Position numbers and translations under genes: made by a program. DNA of 64,000 nucleotides from Setoptus koraiensis. Lineage: Eukaryota > Animalia > Arthropoda. This document shows positions 57,701-64,000 of the stretch, in pieces (within the stretch, counting starts at the first letter, position 1; every line of letters starts with the position of its first letter). The notes beneath the pieces are model-generated. The model was given only the letters and a program-made list of their open reading frames with translations. It was not told the origin of the DNA and did no database searches. The stretch covers positions 806,001 to 870,000 of the forward strand of contig CM106585.1 in assembly GCA_048013815.1 (NCBI GenBank), given 5' to 3'.

Positions 57701-59290
57701 CGATCGCACTAATGATAATAACAAGCACAATCCATTGCAACAACAACAACAACAACAACAACAACAGCAACAACTACAACAGCCCCTGTGCCATATCCGA
57801 TATAGGTCCCGCTACAGTTGCACTTTCGCTGATACGCTCGTGATGCTGGGCGCCGATATTGATGGGCGCGATATTGCTGATGATGCCACCACAAGCGCCC
57901 CCTCTCTCCCTTTGGCCCGCTCTCCCGGCGTCGGTGTTCTCGTGCCAGTGGCGCCAGATTAGCCAGATAGATTGGCGCAAATAGAGGGACACACACACAC
58001 AATTGGAAATGCCGAATCACAGTTGTAGCTGCTGTCGATGTTGTTGTTGCTGTCGATGTTGCTGTTGTAGTTGTTGTAGTTGCTGTTGTAGTTGTTGTAG
58101 TTGTTGTTGGTGGTGGTGGTGTCGGCGAAAAACAACAACGTACAACAGCGAATAGGAGCACTGATGGCTGGTCACCCGTTGTTAGCTAACAACGGGTTGC
58201 CATTGGCCGCGACTTGTTTGCGCTGCCAGCCCCAAAAATAATCTGTTTGAATAGCACATCAAAATGAAATAAATCAAGTGATAAAAAGTGGTTGCACTCG
58301 CATTAACCTCGCCAGTCTGGCCAATCTCGCCAGTCTGGCCACTCGTTGCAGCAACATCAAGCTACAATGCAGCTTATCGGTCTCTGCTACATCCAGTGTG
58401 TAGTGTGCAGTCTGCAGTCTGAGGGATATATATACTACATACTTCATACAACACACTGGCCGGAGTGGCCCGATTGAGCCGCATTGAGACACGGCCAGCA
58501 CGGGACGGAGCGGCCACCCGAAAGCCATCAGTGGCCGGTGGGTTGGTTTGGGGCCCCGTTAGTGGAGTAACAGTAATCACAGATTACTGGCACCTAGCTA
58601 GTGAGCCAGTCAGTTCACTTTGTCGCTTTTGTGTGTTTCAGTGCGTGCGTGGCTCGTGCAGCCAAACTCGTGCAACCAGCACGTGCTTAGAATGATTGTT
58701 TTGCAATCAATTGGGGGGAGGGGAGGGCAGGGCAGTCGACAAGCGGCCCAAGTGGCCAGTCAGGCAAGCCTATCAAGCCACCAATTTGACAATTGATTTG
58801 CTCCATCACCTAGCCACCGGCACTGGAGCTTATCCAACTGCTGGCCAGACAATAATGTAATGTGTTAACCGAGTCTCGCTCAATTGCGTCTTGCCAGCAT
58901 AAACGATGGGATAAACGATAGCATGAACGGTGGCATAAACGATAGGATATACGCTGGATATAATAGACTGGCTCGGTGCGGCGTGTTGTCGCGATTCGCA
59001 ATGGCGAGCACATTCTTTGCTCATTCGATATTGTTTGTTGTTCATTGCTGTTTGTTCTAGATGCCGATACCACACACGACATGTTAATATATATTGCATT
59101 ATATTATATTATATAATACTAGCAAGGTGTGAATAACACGTGAATAGCACCAACAACAGTGTTACGCAACAACATTGTTACGCTTGTTGATTTTCTTCTT
59201 TCCCCTCAGTGTGCATATAGCAATGTATATATAATATATGTGTGTTATATAACAGCAATGGTTACGGCAAACACTTCTTATTTGACACTC

Positions 59291-59341
59291 ATACCTAAGC
59301 TGTATACCTAAGCTGTATACCTAAGCTGTATACCTAAGCTG
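59291..59341 (+). repeat. 13-bp perfect minisatellite (ATACCTAAGCTGT) x~4
   Basis: Direct reading. Confidence 0.92.
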
Positions 59342-60184
59342 AGCTATACGAGTCTGTGTACCCCTTTGAGGCCACAGCGCTCAACAGTGACAGGCGATGC
59401 ACTTGGGGTAGCGGCACGGTGCCCACGTTACCCACTGTTACGAAATTGTTATATATAATAATTGTTATACGACAACAGAGGCGCGTATTACATGCAGAAC
59501 GTACAGCAGATTTAGCCAAATTTCTGGCGGCTTCTAGCTCGGGTCATGCACTTGCCGGCCCGAGCTAAGCCCGGATGCCGGGGTGCCGCTGGTTGGCGGT
59601 CCCGTTCACAAGTGATCGCGTCAGCTGACAAGCTGGCAAGTTATTGATAGCGAGCACGTCAGACCATCAGCTAGTTGCATCGGCTCCAACAAATTACAAC
59701 AGCAGCAGTCTCTCTTTTACAATTTTAATCTCTTTAATTAGCTCAGTTGTGTGCTGGCACGCAAGTTGCAAACACATGCTGCTGACACCAATTGCGAGGC
59801 CCGGCGAATTGAATAGAAGACAATATTAAAACAGTGCAAGCAATTAGTGCAGCTTATCCCTAGACGAGCCGACGATAATGAGCCGGCTTGAAATTATGTC
59901 GTTGTCTTAGTCAATTCTTTCTTCTTGTGCGCACCAATTCTGCTCGGTTGAAACTTTTTTTGACAGACTCACACGAGCGGAAGCGGCCCCAACGGCCACT
60001 CGACACAACAGTGTCTGGCTGTCGAGCCAGCAGCAGATAAAGACTCACTTTGCGATGATAAAATTCACCGTATGTGCAGCTAATGCCGCGCTATCAGTCA
60101 ATTTGCCACATAGTCGCACTTAATAACGACACCGATTGTGTGCCCCATGATCCATGCCGTTTTCTTGCTTCACTTCGTCTGGCC

Positions 60185-60284
60185 TCGTATCGTCTGGCTC
60201 GATATCGTGTGGCTCGATATCGTGTGGCTCGACGTCGTCTAGCTCGACGTGGTGTGGCTCGATGTCGTGTGGCTCGATATCGCG
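60185..60284 (+). repeat. 15-bp minisatellite (TCGATATCGTGTGGC) x~6.7
   Basis: Direct reading. Confidence 0.9.
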
Positions 60285-62771
60285 AGGCGCTTCTGTTGGT
60301 GTGGCTGCTATCAACGCGACTGCAGCCACTCCACTGACTATAGCGACTTACTCGACCCAAAGCCATACTTATCTGGTAGCAAGTGAGGCCAACAGCAACG
60401 GGCCACACCAAATAGGGTGATGATTGATCGTCCCGTTGCTGCCCGCCAACCGCCAACCACCAACCAACTGGTACCGCTTTTTAGTGCGTGCCAGCTCGCA
60501 TCCAATCTACCCACAAAAACCCATAATATGGGGCTCGCCACAATAGTGGGCGCAGGCCACAAAAAGTGGGCCAGCCAAGTGGGGACCGCCCCGAAAACAA
60601 TGCCAGGCCTGGCCGACGGGGCCTCACACAGCAAACACTGCGCGAGATTATCTGTGTGAGATGATCATGAATTTACAATCAAGATCGGCCCCAACAGATA
60701 ATGATTTAATCATGGCCCACGCAGCTCGGCTTCAGCGCCAGTATCATCTCTCTCTCTCTCTCTCCGTCGTTCGCTCGGCTGGCCTCAATTTCTTTTTGTT
60801 TCGTATATTATGAAGATGTCGAACTCAGAGGCAGCCAACACGTTGTACACGATGCACGACGAAATGAGCCGATTTTCGCTCATTCAATTCATTGCTCAAG
60901 ATAGTTAATTTACAGTGTCATCAATGGCCCACACCCGCTCATAAATAGGCCTCGCAATGCAAAAATGTGGCGGCCAAAACGCCACATTTAATACTTTTAT
61001 GTATGACTTTTATTGGAGACAAATTCCGTACATGTTGTATACAAATGTATGTTAGACGCCTCAACTGTATTGAAGGGTTTCATTCATGCAGTGCAGTGTC
61101 TTTTATTGTCTTAAACTTGAACTTTGAGTCACTTAAAGATGCAAAATTATTGATGAGTCAGAAGAAAAACGAGCACGAAATGGCAAGACATATTACATTT
61201 ACATTTTTGTTAGCTGAAAAGATAACCAGATTTAGGCGGAATAAACGCATACATTTTGAGTCTTACGACACACTAATTTTGAACGACGGTCAGAGTTTTG
61301 ATGAGTGCAGAAAATAAAGTGATCGACTGAGGAACATCTCCCCCACACAAGCTCCCACCTCCAAACATGTTCGGGGAGCTATGATGGGAGCTTTTATTCC
61401 CGCCCCCCCCCCCATTGCAATTTGGAAACGGGCAACTCCCTTTTCCTGGACTCACCGATGAGCAGATCCAAATGCTGACCTCACCTAGATCAAACAATAT
61501 GCACATTACACTCATAGCTTGATAGAAAAGAACATTGGCCTATAGATATGTATCTTTTTTTGAAGCGAGGGCGCGTTTGAGTGGTGCTCCTACAGGCTCC
61601 CCATTCCCAATATGGATGAGGGGAGGCGGTAGGGAGATCTGCTCGGTCTGAGACAGGCTGGGTCTGAGACAGGCTGGGGAGGGAGAGATATTCCTGCCGG
61701 ACGGCCAACTGGGCCAATCACTAAGAAAATATTAAACATCATGTCGGGTGCGCTCTTGATTGCAATTGACTCTAGTCTTCATTGGCACGATGCCTCGCTC
61801 AGCTTGAACAATCATAAGCACAAACAAAACCACTTGCGAACCGAAATAATCTGGTTTTCAGGTTGAAATTCTGACTGTGAAAGTTTGGGTTCGAGCACCA
61901 AACCTACCTTGGTTTGGTGCTATTGTGAACCTATTGTGAAGCCTGTTTGTTTACTATAGAAACAGCTCAACTATGTTTTGGTGAACTGTGGCATATCATG
62001 TTTCACAAGTCAGTTAGATGTCGATTAATAATGCCAATTGATGAAGTTTTGAATTTCATATTTTGAAAAAAAGCGCAAACTGATATGAAATGATCAGACT
62101 GACCGATTTAGAGCGGCAAGCAGGTGAACGGGGCGACCAATTCGAACATTCTGAACTCACAGAAACGGGCCGCGGATGTTTTCGCCGCACCGATTGTGTT
62201 TTGCTCAACAAGAATGGGCAGAATAAAGCGACAGAATAAACTTGATATGATCGCAATCAACTGACACCTAGGCACGCAGTAAAGTTGTAAATGAAACGAC
62301 GAGATTTTTGTTCGCGAGATCACGTTTGTCTAAACACGTTTAGATGATGCTAGATGACAGAGATAATGATGGCGCATTTTAGTTGTTGTGTCGATTGTAG
62401 CCATGCGATAAGAGCAAAAAATAGAGCAGCTTTCTGGTGGCAGCTCGAATCGATGCAGCACCAGCTATCACAAAGCAGACAGAGTGGAAGTGGGTGCCAT
62501 ACAGGGAAATAGGGAGAGAGAGAGAGAGGGAGACTGAGGGGAAATTGAATAGTAGAGGAGGCTGATGATATTAAGCAAGTTACTTAATTAAGTGGCTAGA
62601 TTGGCTTGCCGATTGTGAGCTCTGACTTGGCATCATCACTGTCTGACTGGCTATTTATAACTTGCACTGGGTGTCGCGCGTCACGTTGCTGAGAGAGGAG
62701 CGTCATTAGCGGGCCGTTATGTAACCGACGCACAAAACGTAATCGAGTGACGGCTCAAAACACCGTTATTC

Positions 62772-62814
62772 GCCCACTCAAACTCTGGCGAGCCCACTCA
62801 AACTCTGGCGAGCC
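62772..62814 (+). repeat. 20-bp tandem duplication (GCCCACTCAAACTCTGGCGA) x2
   Basis: Direct reading. Confidence 0.9.
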
Positions 62815-63259
62815 GCCCCAAACCCAGCTGAACCTGGCCAGACACACACACAGGCACGGGTGTGTGTGTGTGTGTGTGCGGGGTGCTGTCAAGAAGGCAG
62901 CGAGTTTAAGTTCATTTCCATAGATGATATATATCCGATTGAGTTTATCCAAGGGCCGAGTTTATGCGACCCGGCAAGCAGTGAAAACTTTTTCTGTCGA
63001 CTGGCACGCCGGTTGTTGTTGTGATGGTTGAGATGGGGCCCATTCACTAGCAATATCTCTGTCGCTGTCTGTTTGCTGCTCGGTTGCTAGTTGTCCGTCA
63101 CTTGGTGCTGGCGGGCCCCTCCGAAGCAATCCAATGCGACTCGCATTATGCCAGCCAATGCAATCTAATGCAGCCAGTTGCAGTAAATTAGATATGCTAT
63201 TTGTTTGGCTCATGTTGCTCAACTCATGTTGAAATTCATGCCAATTGCAAGAATTTGAG

Positions 63260-63295
<36 letters not shown>

Positions 63296-64000
63296 ATAAT
63301 CTGACAGAAACACACACACAAACAATATGATAATGAGCTGGCTATCCACAAGTATTATCAACTATAAACACTATTGTGTAACACTCACACTCTACACTAT
63401 CTGCCATTGAAATCTGTACTGCGAATAGTGATAACACCACTGATATAAATCTACTCTACGCTGTCAATCCAGTTACGTAACAACGCACGCGGTTGCGGGG
63501 GCGGGCGCGGGCCAAGGGTCAAACAGACATCTCGCCACTGGCGCTATCTCCGCTACTGGCCACTCAAAGCGATACCATCTCTCCCCCTCTCCCCTCTCTC
63601 TCTCTCTCGCTTGCCGCCGAGGGGGCCCCAAATTTATCACGGCAACAACAGATCTGTATCAACACAACACGCAGCACAACAGAAAATAGCTATTTACAGT
63701 TAGTCACAAGAGAGATTTCAATCATTCTGATAGCGAGCCCATTCTCGTAGTGGCATTGGCGGGATTAACAAGTGTTATGTTGCCAGCTTGTGGGGCCTTA
63801 ATTAGATCCACTGTGAGGCTGACTGGTGGAGAGTGCGGAAACTGTGATTTCACAATCACAACTGTTTGATTGTGCCAATTCAATTGCGCAAACGACAATC
63901 GCTTAACAGTTACAATACGCTCGATATTAATAGTTTGGACGCTTACGCTTAATTGGCATACACTCTACAGTTTGTATCAGCCAGTCTCAAGGATATAAAC

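Noticed and set aside
61820-61880. Minus-strand PENQIISVRKWF resembling the nAChR loop D exon
   Set aside because: No usable donor in phase after the W and a stop follows shortly; likely chance
9074-62814. Short direct-repeat arrays as possible CRISPR arrays
   Set aside because: Eukaryotic DNA; units are adjacent with no unique spacers and no cas genes
1-64000. Known conserved arthropod microRNAs, rRNA, snRNA, reverse transcriptase or DDE transposase ORFs
   Set aside because: None recognised by eye on either strand; an Infernal/Rfam and Dfam scan would be needed to exclude divergent ones

Overview
Eukaryotic genomic DNA (GT-AG introns; no prokaryotic features), arthropod by protein content. 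The compact, intron-poor genes and CAA/CAG-expanded proteins suggest a mite such as an eriophyoid (inference only). I can support nine protein-coding genes and one pseudogene: a transmembrane channel-like (Tmc) gene (minus, 2 exons), a 772-aa Q/N-rich orphan with a C-terminal BED-like zinc finger, a 318-aa secreted orphan whose signal peptide sits in a small exon missed by the ORF track, a DHRS7-like short-chain dehydrogenase (3 exons), MRPS26, a 341-aa plus-strand orphan with a collapsed pseudogene copy upstream, intronless EXO1, a ZC2HC1A-like zinc-finger gene, and a nicotinic acetylcholine receptor alpha subunit (5 exons resolved, 5' exons not found). The receptor has a ~1,220-aa intracellular loop and a divergent pore helix. 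About 13 kb (9.1-22.3 kb) is low-complexity CAA/CAG/GAC repeat DNA in alternating polarity, and most small ORFs there are artefacts. Many private minisatellites occur in introns and intergenic DNA. No rRNA, tRNA, CRISPR array or intact transposase was seen. All exon boundaries were read by hand from splice motifs and reading-frame phase and are not transcript-verified.
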